A stretch of DNA of 64,000 nt from Myxococcales bacterium (GCA_037445065.1 JBBILD010000002.1:64001-128000); one strand, 5' to 3'. Positions 9,952 through 20,312 are shown, counted from the first letter of the stretch. Numbers and translations are program-made. Notes: a model not told the origin generated them from the letters alone.

Positions 9952-10254
9952 ATGGCGGTTACGATTGTAGCGACGTTGCGCGTACAGCCGGGTAACGAGG
10001 AACCGTTCGAAAAGGCAGCCGCGGGCCTTCTGGAGTACGTGTTGAACAACGAGCCCGAAACGTTGACGTATCTGCTGCATCGGGAGCGCACGGCCCCAAA
10101 CTCGTTTTTGTTCTACGAAGTGTACGCGGATGAGGAAGCGCTCGCGAAGCACGGGAGTAGCGAGGCGCTTCAGCGTTTTTTTACGGAGGTCGCGCCTTTG
10201 CTCGATGGCCAACCTCAGATCAAGACCTACGACGAGTTAGGTGGGAAACGCTGA
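9952..10254 (+). CDS. ABM-domain protein (putative quinol monooxygenase)
   Basis: GGGAGG SD; EPETLTY, FLFYEVYADEEALAKH typical of ABM/YgiN proteins. Confidence 0.88.
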   Translation: MAVTIVATLRVQPGNEEPFEKAAAGLLEYVLNNEPETLTYLLHRERTAPNSFLFYEVYADEEALAKHGSSEALQRFFTEVAPLLDGQPQIKTYDELGGKR

Positions 10255-10282
10255 AGCTTCTGGTCAGCGTGAAGGAGAAGCC

Positions 10283-11293
10283 ATGGGGCATGATTTGCCG
10301 GAGGCGGACTTAGGTTTCCGTGGATTCCCCTTGCCGGGTACGGATTACGAACTACCACCGATGGGTCTCGGCACATGGGCCTGGGGAGACTCAGCCACAT
10401 GGGGGATGAACGCGTACGATCGCTCGTACAACTTCGAGACGATTCGCGAAGCGTATGCGCGCTCGCTCGAGGCTGGCGTGACCTTGCTCGACACTGCCGA
10501 GATGTATGGCGGCGGAGAGAGTGAGCGGATCATCGGGCGGCTGCTGCAAGAAGACCCGGCCCATCGGCACCGGGTACTCGTGGCAACCAAGTTCATTCCG
10601 TTTCCGTGGAGGCTGAACGTAAAGGCGGCTTTGCTGCGCTCGTTACGTGCCTCGCTGGAACGCTTGCAAATGCCTTTCGTTCACCTTTACCAAATCCACG
10701 GGCCTATCAGCTTGCGCTCGCACGAAGCCATGGCAGACGCTTTAGCGGAGGCGCATGCAGCCGGCCTCACCAAAGCAGTGGGGGTTTCCAATTACTCCGA
10801 GAAAGAAATGCGCGCGATCCACGCTGCGCTGGCGCGGCGCGGCATTGCACTCGCGAGCAATCAAATTGAGTACTCGCTCCTTCGCCGCGCCCCCGAACTG
10901 AACGGGCTGATCGATGCGTGCCGGGACCTCGGGGTGATCGTGCTTGCCTATTCTCCTCTCGGGCAAGGCAGACTAACGGGAAAGTATGACCGGCAGCACC
11001 CGCCCCCCGGGAAGCGCAATTTCTCCGCTTACCCGATGGGGGAAATCGAGCCGCTGATTGGGGAACTCCGCCAAATTGGTGAGCGCCACGGTAAGACCCC
11101 CGCGCAAGTGGCGCTGAACTGGCTCATGTGCAAGCGGGTACTGCCCATTCCCGGGGCGAAGAATGGCCGACAGGCCGAGCAAAACGCCGGGGCGCTCGGT
11201 TGGCGCCTAAGCGATGACGAGCTCGCGACCCTCGATCGAGTGGCGAAGCCGGGGAAGACGTCCCTGTTTCTCCGCTTTTGGCAGCACGGTTGA
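10283..11293 (+). CDS. Aldo/keto reductase
   Basis: GLGTWAWG, DTAEMYG, ATK, LYQIH, GVSNY, AYSPLGQG, PIPGAK. Confidence 0.93.
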   Translation: MGHDLPEADLGFRGFPLPGTDYELPPMGLGTWAWGDSATWGMNAYDRSYNFETIREAYARSLEAGVTLLDTAEMYGGGESERIIGRLLQEDPAHRHRVLVATKFIPFPWRLNVKAALLRSLRASLERLQMPFVHLYQIHGPISLRSHEAMADALAEAHAAGLTKAVGVSNYSEKEMRAIHAALARRGIALASNQIEYSLLRRAPELNGLIDACRDLGVIVLAYSPLGQGRLTGKYDRQHPPPGKRNFSAYPMGEIEPLIGELRQIGERHGKTPAQVALNWLMCKRVLPIPGAKNGRQAEQNAGALGWRLSDDELATLDRVAKPGKTSLFLRFWQHG

Positions 11294-11431
11294 GCAGCTC
11301 TCGTGGTTCTGGGGCCATTCGTCCGAGTGCGAATCGGAACCGCGCGAGGAAGAGGGCGTGCAGGCCGCCGCAGTGCCAGCCAAGCGGGCGGGTTCGGACA
11401 GGGCGCTGAGAGGAACGGCGGCAAGCCCAAT

Positions 11432-12496
11432 TTACGGCCGCAGCTCGTAGTACGCGTGTACGGGATTCTGAAAATCGTGGCGGCGGAATGTTCGAAACCC
11501 GGCGGCCGTGGCCATTTTGCGCGTAAGCGGCTCGCAAAAGCCAAGAGTGCCAAGGCCCGCACCGCCCGGCTCTGACAGACTGGAGGACAGGCAGCTCAGT
11601 ACAGAAATTCCGTACATCATGGCTGCCATCGGGTTTCTCTCCCGATTCTCCAGAAAGCTGGGCTGGGCGTTGATATCCACGATAAACCACGTACCGTCTT
11701 CTTTGAGGGCGCGGCGTACTGCACGCATGACGCGCGCCGGTTGGGTCATGTCGTGAATACAGTCGAAACTGGTAATGAAGTCAAAGCTCGAATCGCCGGG
11801 AATGTCTTCAGCCGGCGCGTGGTGGAGGGAGACGTTTTCTACTCCGGCTGCAAGAATGTTTTCGCGGGCGCGGTCGAGAGCATGAACAGAGATCTCGTAT
11901 CCATGGAACTCGGAGCGAGGAAACGCTCGCGCCATCTCGATTAACGCGACGCCAGCACCGCAACCCAAGTCTGCGACCTTGGCTCCTCGCTCGAGTTTTT
12001 CCACAACCCCCTCGAGCGCTGGCAACACGAGCGGCACCAAGAAGCAGCGGAACCAAGGGGCCAGGAAGCGCTCGATGCCAATCGCCCCTTCTGGACCGAA
12101 CGCATCGTAGGGTAGGCCGAGCCCGCTGCGGAAACTCTCAGGTAGGCGCTCGACCACGGCCATTTGCTGTGGAAGAGAATGGAAGGCTCCGGCGCTGAAG
12201 ACCGGCGAGCGCTCGTCCGCGAGTACGAGGCCAGCTTCCGGGGAGAGGCGAAAACGTACCCCGTCATCTGTCTGGATCAGGCCCGCACTTGCTTGTGCGT
12301 AGAGCCACTCCCGCACCCACCGTTCGCTGAGGCGGGTCGCGGCCGCCAAGTCGCTACTCGTCATTTCCCTGCCGGCTGCATGCAGGGCTCGGTACAAGCC
12401 CAGGCGATCGCCGAGGTGAATCATGGCCGAGATGACCGCCCCGGAGAGCTGTTGGAACACCAAAAGGAGAAATCGTCGCAGTGGGTCGTCGTTCAT
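11432..12496 (-). CDS. SAM-dependent methyltransferase with N-terminal wHTH (Rv2258c-like)
   Basis: GDRLGLY..ERWVREWL; SAM motif ADLGCGAG; FDCIHD; GLGTLG. Confidence 0.9.
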   Translation of the reverse strand: MNDDPLRRFLLLVFQQLSGAVISAMIHLGDRLGLYRALHAAGREMTSSDLAAATRLSERWVREWLYAQASAGLIQTDDGVRFRLSPEAGLVLADERSPVFSAGAFHSLPQQMAVVERLPESFRSGLGLPYDAFGPEGAIGIERFLAPWFRCFLVPLVLPALEGVVEKLERGAKVADLGCGAGVALIEMARAFPRSEFHGYEISVHALDRARENILAAGVENVSLHHAPAEDIPGDSSFDFITSFDCIHDMTQPARVMRAVRRALKEDGTWFIVDINAQPSFLENRERNPMAAMMYGISVLSCLSSSLSEPGGAGLGTLGFCEPLTRKMATAAGFRTFRRHDFQNPVHAYYELRP

Positions 12497-13881
12497 CCTC
12501 GCACCGTCTTCACGTCCGTTTGTGCCGCTGCCCTTCCCTCTGCAACTTCGAGCAGCTCTGCAAAAGCTCGTTCGATTGCGGCGCGCAGCGAGAGGAGGTC
12601 ACACGCACGTTCGGGGTCCCCCGCGACAGAGATCAGGGCTTCTTCGGCAGAGGTGACAAGGCCAAACACCAAACCAAGGTTCGCTGTTAGAGGAGGTAGC
12701 GGCACGACGCGTTCTACCGGAATCCCCACCACGTACCGCTGCTCGCGCAAGCCAGGAAAAGGCCAGAAATACGAATGCACCGCAAGCGACCGAAGGCGAT
12801 CGCGCAGGATGACCTCTCCACCGAGAAGAACGAGGGCTGTCAGCATGGTGGTGCTGCGGGCAAATTGGTCGCTCCCACCGCCGAGTCGCGCCAGCTCGAA
12901 TTGGGCGGCAACACTGCGCAGTCGCTCCACAGGATCGTTGCAGTGGAGCGGCAGTTTCCCCACAGCGAGGGTGACGCGTCGGCCCGTCCGCCGGGCGTCT
13001 TGCTCCGACCCGACAGCGACGGGCAGTACCGCTACGAGTGTCCGCTGCTCGAGCTTCTCCACTTTGTTGGCGAGCACCTCGGCGAGTCCGCCGAGGGCCG
13101 AGGCGACCAGAATCTCCCACACTGAGCCACCGATGCGATTGCGGATCGTGCGAACGGCAGTGAGGGGAAATGAGCACCAAGCTGCATGGCGCCTGCCGCT
13201 GAGCGGCCCATTGAACGGGAATTGCGGCAGCGGCCGGAGTGCGAGGCGCGCCAGATTCGCGAGTGCATCGACCTCGCGGCGTAGAGGTTCGATAACGTCC
13301 TTGCCCGCTCGCCAGCGGCGCCAGAACCCAGTCAGCAGCGAGGAAGCAGCCGCCCAGACGCGTGGTGCAGGAGGGATCTCCTGCTCACTTGCGGATGGGT
13401 TGCCGCGAGGTGGCATCATCCTTCTTTGGGGTTGCGGATCGAGCAGGGCGTTCAACCAAGCTCCCTCGTCCTCCGGGTTCGACCAAAAGACGTGATGGCG
13501 CACGATTAAAATGGAACGCTTCCCGTACTGCACGCAGTGGATCTGCCAGCGGGGGAGCTGACTCGCGAACTTGCGGCTGAGGATTTGTGCCAGAAACCGT
13601 AGTGCAGCGTCTTCTCCCCGTTGCGCAAGCCGATGCAGGAACAGGTGCTGGTCGAGCCGAAAACCCTTGGCCGCTTCCCAGGGAACGGTCAGCGGCCAGC
13701 CGCGCGGCGGCAGCAAGGTTTCTTTTGCGTGTGGAAAATAGGGCAGGCGCTCTTCGATGAGCTGAACCAGGGTTGCCCGCTCGATGCGACCTCGCAGTTC
13801 GACCCAGTAGGTCACGTCGAGGGGAGCCTCTGGCCGATCAAAGGGAAGCAGCGCAACCAGCGCTGGGTGCAGCTCGGGCAC
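12493..13881 (-). CDS. WS/DGAT (wax ester synthase) fold protein, divergent
   Basis: PRWQIHCV, RHH at the HHxxxDG position, PFNGPLSGRR, DPVERLRSV, C-terminal ERAFAELLE; ATGA overlap with the methyltransferase. Confidence 0.72.
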   Translation of the reverse strand: MPELHPALVALLPFDRPEAPLDVTYWVELRGRIERATLVQLIEERLPYFPHAKETLLPPRGWPLTVPWEAAKGFRLDQHLFLHRLAQRGEDAALRFLAQILSRKFASQLPRWQIHCVQYGKRSILIVRHHVFWSNPEDEGAWLNALLDPQPQRRMMPPRGNPSASEQEIPPAPRVWAAASSLLTGFWRRWRAGKDVIEPLRREVDALANLARLALRPLPQFPFNGPLSGRRHAAWCSFPLTAVRTIRNRIGGSVWEILVASALGGLAEVLANKVEKLEQRTLVAVLPVAVGSEQDARRTGRRVTLAVGKLPLHCNDPVERLRSVAAQFELARLGGGSDQFARSTTMLTALVLLGGEVILRDRLRSLAVHSYFWPFPGLREQRYVVGIPVERVVPLPPLTANLGLVFGLVTSAEEALISVAGDPERACDLLSLRAAIERAFAELLEVAEGRAAAQTDVKTVRG

Positions 13882-13929
13882 GACGAAGAGGACTAGCGAA
13901 GCGTTGTTCTGAGCGCTGACCGGCGCTCC

Positions 13930-14133
13930 TTACTGCTCGAGCACGAACGTAACCAGCACTGTAGAGCGATACTCGACGATCTTCCCATTCTCGATGTGTG
14001 CGTTTTCCTTGAGCACCTCGAGCCCGGTGATGCCGCGCAACGTCTTGTTGGCACGCTCCAGCGCGTTGCGTACCGCGTCTTCCCAACTGTGCGGGGACGC
14101 ACCGATGATTTGTGTTTGCCTTGCTACCGCCAT
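13930..14133 (-). CDS. Dodecin family protein (copy 2)
   Basis: 67 aa; IIGASPHSWEDAV..KTLRGI..EV..EYR..FVLE; GGAGGAG SD. Confidence 0.9.
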   Translation of the reverse strand: MAVARQTQIIGASPHSWEDAVRNALERANKTLRGITGLEVLKENAHIENGKIVEYRSTVLVTFVLEQ

Positions 14134-14157
14134 GTGTGCTCCTCCCTGCCCGTGGAT

Positions 14158-14358
14158 TTACTCCAGAATGAAGATAATCTTCATGTCTACGCGGTACTCG
14201 ATGATGCGGCCCTGATCCACTTTGACCCGCTTGCCGATGACCTCCAAGCCGGTAATCCCGCGCAGTGTCTTCGCCGCTCGCCGCACCCCTTCGAGGACGG
14301 CCTCCTGAAAACCGTCCGGAGATGAAGCCCGAATCTCTGTCACGCGTGCCACCGCCAT
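14158..14358 (-). CDS. Dodecin family protein (copy 1)
   Basis: 66 aa; ASSPDGFQEAV..KTLRGITGLEV..EYRV..FILE; AAGGAGG SD. Confidence 0.9.
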   Translation of the reverse strand: MAVARVTEIRASSPDGFQEAVLEGVRRAAKTLRGITGLEVIGKRVKVDQGRIIEYRVDMKIIFILE

Positions 14359-14454
14359 AAGCTGCCTCCTTGCCCAGCTCTTTGGCTGCCAGGCAGCAGG
14401 ACTCTACCAGGGCTTAGCGCTTTCGGGCAACCGCCTTCAGCGGGCCCACGAGGC

Positions 14455-15582
14455 TTAGATGGTGCCCTCCTGGCGCAGTGCTGCGATCTCGCCAGGGGCG
14501 AAGCCGAGATTGCGCAGAACCTCCTCGGTATGCTGGCCAAACTCGGGGGGCAGTGACGGCGGGCGCGGTGGCGTAGCGGACAACTTGATGGGTGAGCCGA
14601 GCAGCACTTTTCCGTCTTGTTCCTGGACGATGCCGCGGTGGCGCACTTGCGGGTCACGCAGCGCCGTTGGGATGTCGTTTACAGGGCCGAAGCAAATGTC
14701 TACCTCACCGAGTTCCCGCAGCCACTCTTCCTGGGTTTTGCTTCGGAACTTGTCGCGCAGCACCCGAAACATTTCCTCTCTACGGGGTCCTTCGGCAAAC
14801 TGGTCCGCAATGAACTCGGGAACGCCCAACCGTTCACACAGGTTCCGCCAGAAGTGTGGCTCGAGTGCACCGACGGTGACGAACTTCCCATCCTTTGTTT
14901 CGTAAACCGCGTAGCAGGGGTAGTGGCCGGTCAACTGCGTTTTCCCGCGTTCCGGCTGGTGGCCTTGGACCAGGTACATGAGGATGTGAAACACGTTCCA
15001 GACCACACTCCCATCCAACATCGCGATGTCGATGTATTGGCCTTTGCCGGTTTGCTGGCGCGCAAGCAGCGCGGCGAGAATTCCCACTGCACCCATCAGC
15101 GCGCCCCCACCGATGTCGGCTACTTGCACAGGGAGGATGGTGGGAGGCGAGCCCGCCGCCCCGGAAACGGCCGTCACGCCCGCGTAACCCAAGTAATTCA
15201 GATCGTGCCCTACTTTGTCCCGGTAAGGACCGTCTTGGCCGTACCCTGAGATGGAACAGTAGACCAGCCGCGGGTTTTCCCGCGCTAGCGTCGGGTAGTC
15301 GATTCCGAGCCGGCTCGTGACTCCTGGCCGGAATCCTTCGAGCACGATGTCTGCTTCTCGAGCCAAGCGCAAGAAGATGTCCCGGCCCCGCGGGGATTTC
15401 AAATTGAGAGTCATGCTCCGTTTGTTGCGTTGGATGAGGGGGATCCCGATGCCCAAGGGATCGTTCGGGGCGGACACGAGAAGAACGTCCACGCCAAGGT
15501 CGGCAAGAATCATCGAGCAAAACGGCCCGGGTAGTTGACGAGAGAGGTCCAGGCACTTGAGACCCGCGAGTGGTCCGTTCAT
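14455..15582 (-). CDS. CaiB/BaiF family III CoA-transferase (AMACR-like)
   Basis: LDLSRQLPGPFC, RNKRS, EGFRPGV, SGYGQDGP, GHDLNY; AGGAGG SD before ATG 15582. Confidence 0.93.
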   Translation of the reverse strand: MNGPLAGLKCLDLSRQLPGPFCSMILADLGVDVLLVSAPNDPLGIGIPLIQRNKRSMTLNLKSPRGRDIFLRLAREADIVLEGFRPGVTSRLGIDYPTLARENPRLVYCSISGYGQDGPYRDKVGHDLNYLGYAGVTAVSGAAGSPPTILPVQVADIGGGALMGAVGILAALLARQQTGKGQYIDIAMLDGSVVWNVFHILMYLVQGHQPERGKTQLTGHYPCYAVYETKDGKFVTVGALEPHFWRNLCERLGVPEFIADQFAEGPRREEMFRVLRDKFRSKTQEEWLRELGEVDICFGPVNDIPTALRDPQVRHRGIVQEQDGKVLLGSPIKLSATPPRPPSLPPEFGQHTEEVLRNLGFAPGEIAALRQEGTI

Positions 15583-15727
15583 GAATCCTCCTTTGTGCTG
15601 GCAGGCATGGAAGCGAGACGGTAAAAAAGGCCCCTGCATGAGGCAAGTGCGGTGGCTTTGCTTTCGCCTCCAGAGCGCAATCCGTAGCGTGGACAGCCGT
15701 GGCCACCCGATCGCCGAGCTTGCGAAG

Positions 15728-16873
15728 ATGAACCCGAAGGAGCGCCTGTGCGAGGCAGCACGCGAGCTTGGTTTTAGCGCTTGCGCGGTGGCGGCAGTGC
15801 AGCGGCCACCGCACGCGGAGTTTTTCGAGCACTGGTTGGCAGCGGGGATGGCGGGGGAAATGCGATACCTGGAAAAAAGGGCCGCAGAGCGACTCGCGCT
15901 TCCTCTGCTTCTCCCGGGTGCTCGATCCGTCATTTGCCTCGCGGTGCCGTACCGACCGGTTGCCCCACCTCCGTGGAACTGGCGCGAGGAACTGCGCGGC
16001 CGCATCGCGGCCTACGCGGTGGGGAGCGACTACCACGACTGGATTCGCGCCCGCTTGGAGTTGCTGGTCCGACAAATGGAGGAGTGGGCACCGGGGATTC
16101 GCTGCCGCGTGTTCGTGGATAGTGGCCCGCTACTCGAGCGAGATTTCGCCTGGCTTGCGGGGCTCGGTTGGTTCGGGAAAAACACGAACATCCTTTCGAA
16201 GCGAGGGGGCTCGTGGTTCTTCCTGGCCGAGATTCTAACCACGTGGGAACTCGAACCTGATCGGCCGGTAGCTGCTCATTGCGGCTCGTGCTCCCGGTGC
16301 CTCACGGCTTGCCCGACCGGCGCCCTGGCAGAGGGATATTCGCTCGACGCTCGCAAGTGCATCTCTTACTGGACCATCGAGCACCGGGGCTGGATTCCAT
16401 TGCCGATGCGGCGAGCGATGGGAAACTGGGTATTTGGTTGTGACGACTGTCAGGACGTTTGTCCGTGGAACGAGAAGTGGCTCCGTACTCACCCGGATGG
16501 TCAGGTGCAAAGAGAGGAAGCGTTCCCGTTCTTGCCGCAGCTCCTTGCTCTTAGCGACGAAGAGTTCCGCTTGCGTTTTCGGCGTTCGGCTGTGTGGCGT
16601 GCCCGGAGAGAGGGACTGGCGAGAAACGCCGCTGTGGTCCTGGGCAACTCGGGAAATCCGGCTGCGATCCCTTTTTTGGCGCGAGCTCTGGCAACGGACC
16701 CGAGTCCTGTGGTTCGTGGCCATGCAGCTTGGGCCCTCGGGGAACTGCAGCACCTCGAGGCCTACGACGCGCTGCTTCTTGCCCAGCGAAGCGAGGAACA
16801 TCCGGCTGTCAGGGCAGAGATCGCAAGCGCTTTGCGCGGGGAGGCAGAGTCAAGCGCTCTCGTCGAGAAGTAA
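15728..16873 (+). CDS. queG: Epoxyqueuosine reductase
   Basis: DYH, VDSGPLLER, GWFGKN, CGSCSRCLTACPTGA, CISYWTIE, GCDDCQDVCPWN, C-terminal HEAT repeats. Confidence 0.95.
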   Translation: MNPKERLCEAARELGFSACAVAAVQRPPHAEFFEHWLAAGMAGEMRYLEKRAAERLALPLLLPGARSVICLAVPYRPVAPPPWNWREELRGRIAAYAVGSDYHDWIRARLELLVRQMEEWAPGIRCRVFVDSGPLLERDFAWLAGLGWFGKNTNILSKRGGSWFFLAEILTTWELEPDRPVAAHCGSCSRCLTACPTGALAEGYSLDARKCISYWTIEHRGWIPLPMRRAMGNWVFGCDDCQDVCPWNEKWLRTHPDGQVQREEAFPFLPQLLALSDEEFRLRFRRSAVWRARREGLARNAAVVLGNSGNPAAIPFLARALATDPSPVVRGHAAWALGELQHLEAYDALLLAQRSEEHPAVRAEIASALRGEAESSALVEK

Positions 16874-17953
16874 CTGGCGCAGGCGCTGTTCCACCTCGGT
16901 TCGCCGCACAGCGTCGGCCTCCACTAAGGTCACGTGCCCCAACTTCCGTGCCGGCCGGGCGGACTTGCCGTACAGGTGCACGTGGAGACCGGGCAGGGAG
17001 AGCAGTTGTTCCAGTGGCGGAAGCTTGCCGATCAGGTTGTACATTACGCTCGGCGCGACGAGCTCAGTGCTCCCGAGTGGCCAGTCCAGGATGGCACGCA
17101 GGTGGTTCTCGAACTGGCTGCAAACTGCGCCTTCGATGCTCCAGTGCCCAGAGTTGTGCACCCGCGGGGCCATCTCGTTGGCCAGCAAGGTTTCTCCGAT
17201 GACAAAAAATTCGATGGCCAGGACGCCTACGTAGTTCAATTCTTCTAAAATGGCGCGCGCGTACTGTTCCGCTTGACGCTGCAGCGTCGGGGAACCGTGG
17301 GGTGCGGGAACCTCGGAGCGCCGCAGAATACCGCCGCCATGGCGGTTCTCGACCAGGGGGTAGTAGCGGAGCTCGCCCCGCGCCGAGCGCACAGCCAGGA
17401 TCGAGAGTTCTGCATCGAAGCGGACCAGTTGCTCTGCCAAGAGCGGCTGCCCGCGGAGCCTCTCCCAGGCCGGCTGGACGTCACCCTGGGTCCACAGGGG
17501 AGCCTGCCCCTTTCCGTCATAACCCAGGCGCCGGGTCTTGAGCATGGCCGGGAAGCCGATACGGGTGAGCGCGCGTTCGAGGTCCGACAACGAGTCCACC
17601 GGCGCGAAGGGAGGCACTGGCAGGCCCATCCGGGTAAAAAATTCCTTCTCACGCAGGCGGTCCTGCCCGACCTCCAGGGCGAGTGGGTTTGGTGAGACGG
17701 TGACCCACTGCGAGAGCCGTTGGACGGCTTCGAGCGGAACGTTTTCGAACTCGTAAGTCGCTACTGTGAGATCGTGCGCAAAGGCCCGTAAAGCGTTGCT
17801 GTCGTCGAAGGCAGCCCGCACCCGCTCCCCGACCTGCTCCGCGGGGGCCTCAGGCGCTGGATCGAGGAAACGAAAGCGAAGGCCAAGGGGATACCCTGCA
17901 AGCGCGAGCATGCGTCCCAACTGGCCGGCCCCGAGGATCCCGACTCGTTCCAT
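16850..17953 (-). CDS. purK: N5-carboxyaminoimidazole ribonucleotide synthase
   Basis: GILGAGQLGRM, TYEFENV, GYDGKGQ, NEMAPRVHNSGHW, RKLGHV. Confidence 0.97.
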   Translation of the reverse strand: MERVGILGAGQLGRMLALAGYPLGLRFRFLDPAPEAPAEQVGERVRAAFDDSNALRAFAHDLTVATYEFENVPLEAVQRLSQWVTVSPNPLALEVGQDRLREKEFFTRMGLPVPPFAPVDSLSDLERALTRIGFPAMLKTRRLGYDGKGQAPLWTQGDVQPAWERLRGQPLLAEQLVRFDAELSILAVRSARGELRYYPLVENRHGGGILRRSEVPAPHGSPTLQRQAEQYARAILEELNYVGVLAIEFFVIGETLLANEMAPRVHNSGHWSIEGAVCSQFENHLRAILDWPLGSTELVAPSVMYNLIGKLPPLEQLLSLPGLHVHLYGKSARPARKLGHVTLVEADAVRRTEVEQRLRQLLLDESA

Positions 17954-17982
17954 GGACAGAGAAGCCGTTCAGGCTGGTAAGC

Positions 17983-18480
17983 TCAGACACCCGGTTTCCG
18001 GGGATCAGGGTGACGGAGGACGGCGTTCGTTTGTTCTTCCCGGTAGCGCTGCAGGGGTTCGCGAAACTCGGGATGGCGGTTTGCCACAATGGCCGTGGCG
18101 AGCAGTGCCGCATTGATCGCGCCGGCTTTCCCAATGGCGAGCGTGCCTACCGGAACCCCGGCCGGCATCTGCACAATTGACAGTAAGGAGTCGAGTCCGT
18201 GCAAGGCGTGGCTTTGCACGGGCACGCCAAGAACGGGGAGCAAGGTTTTCGATGCAGTCATGCCCGGCAAATGCGCGGCTCCGCCGGCACCGGCAATGAT
18301 CACTTCCAGCCCGCGCGCCTCGGCTGAGGAAGCGTATTCGAAGAGAAGATCCGGAGTGCGGTGCGCCGAAACAACCCGCACCTCGTACGGTACGCCTAGC
18401 TCATCCAGGGTCTCCGCCGCATGAATGAGGGTATCCCAGTCTGAGCGCGACCCCATAATGATCCCGACTAGGGGTAGCAT
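17983..18480 (-). CDS. purE: N5-CAIR mutase
   Basis: [37 protein letters not shown]. Confidence 0.97.
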   Translation of the reverse strand: MLPLVGIIMGSRSDWDTLIHAAETLDELGVPYEVRVVSAHRTPDLLFEYASSAEARGLEVIIAGAGGAAHLPGMTASKTLLPVLGVPVQSHALHGLDSLLSIVQMPAGVPVGTLAIGKAGAINAALLATAIVANRHPEFREPLQRYREEQTNAVLRHPDPRKPGV

Positions 18481-18587
18481 GTTTCGCCCACCTCCTTTCG
18501 CTCGTTAGCCCGCACCTCGCGCCAGCAGCCCAAGCCAGTCCAACCCCTTGCGCCGCAATTGGCGGGAGGTTCGCTTCGCGAGTTGCG

Positions 18588-20312
18588 TTACTTGCTAAGG
18601 GCATCGCGCACGAGGCCAGTCACTTTGTCCACGGCATCGTTGATGCCGACTTCCAAAACCTCGCCCGTCGCTCGCCGCCGTACTTCCACCACGCCCCGGT
18701 CGAGCCCTTTTCCGCCGACGGTCAACCGAAACGGCAGGCCAAGGAGATCAGCGTCTTTGAATTTCACCCCAGGCCGCTCTTCTCGATCGTCGAGCAACAC
18801 TTCTACTCCGCGTCCCTCGAGTTCGTCGTGTAGTCGTTCGGCGACCCTGCGAATCCGCTCATCTTGGATTTGGATGGGCACGATACTCACGTGGGCTGGG
18901 GCGAGAGGAACCGGCCAGATAATGCCCTGATCGTCGTGATACTGCTCGATGGCGGCAGCAGCGGTGCGGGTAATGCCGATTCCGTAGCAGCCCATTTCCA
19001 TGGGCCGCTCCACGCCTTGTGCGTCGAGAAAATGGGCCTTCATGGGGGTGCTATACTTGGTCCCAAGATAGAAAATATTGCCTACCTCGATCCCCCGGTG
19101 GCTTTCGAACTGCCCTCGCTTGCAGCGAGGGCAGGGGTCACCGGCGCGCGCTAAGCGTAAGTCCGCGTACCGCACCGCTCCAAGGTCGCGCTCGGCATCG
19201 AAGTGTACAAAGTGGAAGTCTGTCTCGTTGGCACCCACCACGCCGTCGCGTACGGTGCGAACGCTGTGGTCGGCCCAGATCGGAAGATCGAGGCCGGTAG
19301 GACCGGCAAAACCGACGTCAGCACCGGTGACGCGGCGTACCGTATCCGCGTCCGCGAGTGCTACCCAGTCTACGCCCAAAGTCTGCCGCAGCTTGGCCTC
19401 GCTGATCTCGTGATCGCCGCGCACCAGCACGGCCACGTACTCGCCGCGACTGGTTTGGTAGATTAGCGTTTTCACGAATTGCTCCGCGGGTGTCGCCAGG
19501 AAGGCTGCGACTTCTTCCACCGATCGCTTCCCTGGTGTCCGCACCTTGTGCAAGGTGCCGGCAGCCACTTTGTGGGTTGGTGCTTCTCCCCTGGAGCCAA
19601 TCTCGGCCTTCTCCACGTTGGCAGCGTAATCGCACGCCGTGCAGCTCACGATCGCGTCTTCCCCAGAGTCGGCGAGGACTTGAAATTCGTGGGCCAGAGA
19701 ACCGCCGATCGCCCCGGTGTCGGATTCTACCCGTCGCGTGCTGAGCCCGCAGCGAGCGAAGATCCGCTGGTAGGTTTCGGCCATATTCTCGTACTCGCGC
19801 TGGCAATCGGCAGCGTCGACGTGAAAGGAGTACGCGTCCTTCATGATGAATTCGCGACCGCGCATCAGCCCAAACCGTGGGCGCACTTCGTCCCGAAATT
19901 TGACTTGAATCTGGTACAGGTTCAGCGGCAGTTCGCGGTAAGAGCGAAGCTCGCGGCGCACGATGTCGGTCACCACCTCTTCATGCGTGGGGCCGAAACA
20001 AAAGTCCCGATCGTAGCGATCTTTGATGCGCAGGAGTTCCTTTCCGTATTTGTCCCAGCGCCCACTCTCTTGCCACAGTTCCGCGGGGCACACGGCAGGC
20101 ATGAGGATTTCCTGCGCTCCAGCGCGGTTCATCTCCTCGCGAACGATGGCCTCGATTTTTTGGATCACCCTCAGCCCGAAGGGCAAAAAGTTGTAAATGC
20201 CACGTGCGACCTGGCGAATGAGCCCGGCGCGAACCATGAGCCGGTGGCTGGCGACCTCGGCATCCGCAGGGTCCTGGCGCAGCGTAGGGATGAGCGTTCT
20301 TCGATAGCGCAC
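18588..20312 (-). CDS. proS: Proline--tRNA ligase (bacterial type with editing insertion)
   Basis: GPTHEE, KFRDEVRPRFGLMRGREFIMKDAYSF, GIEVGNIF, MGCYGIG, anticodon-binding domain. Confidence 0.97.
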   Translation of the reverse strand: MRYRRTLIPTLRQDPADAEVASHRLMVRAGLIRQVARGIYNFLPFGLRVIQKIEAIVREEMNRAGAQEILMPAVCPAELWQESGRWDKYGKELLRIKDRYDRDFCFGPTHEEVVTDIVRRELRSYRELPLNLYQIQVKFRDEVRPRFGLMRGREFIMKDAYSFHVDAADCQREYENMAETYQRIFARCGLSTRRVESDTGAIGGSLAHEFQVLADSGEDAIVSCTACDYAANVEKAEIGSRGEAPTHKVAAGTLHKVRTPGKRSVEEVAAFLATPAEQFVKTLIYQTSRGEYVAVLVRGDHEISEAKLRQTLGVDWVALADADTVRRVTGADVGFAGPTGLDLPIWADHSVRTVRDGVVGANETDFHFVHFDAERDLGAVRYADLRLARAGDPCPRCKRGQFESHRGIEVGNIFYLGTKYSTPMKAHFLDAQGVERPMEMGCYGIGITRTAAAAIEQYHDDQGIIWPVPLAPAHVSIVPIQIQDERIRRVAERLHDELEGRGVEVLLDDREERPGVKFKDADLLGLPFRLTVGGKGLDRGVVEVRRRATGEVLEVGINDAVDKVTGLVRDALSK

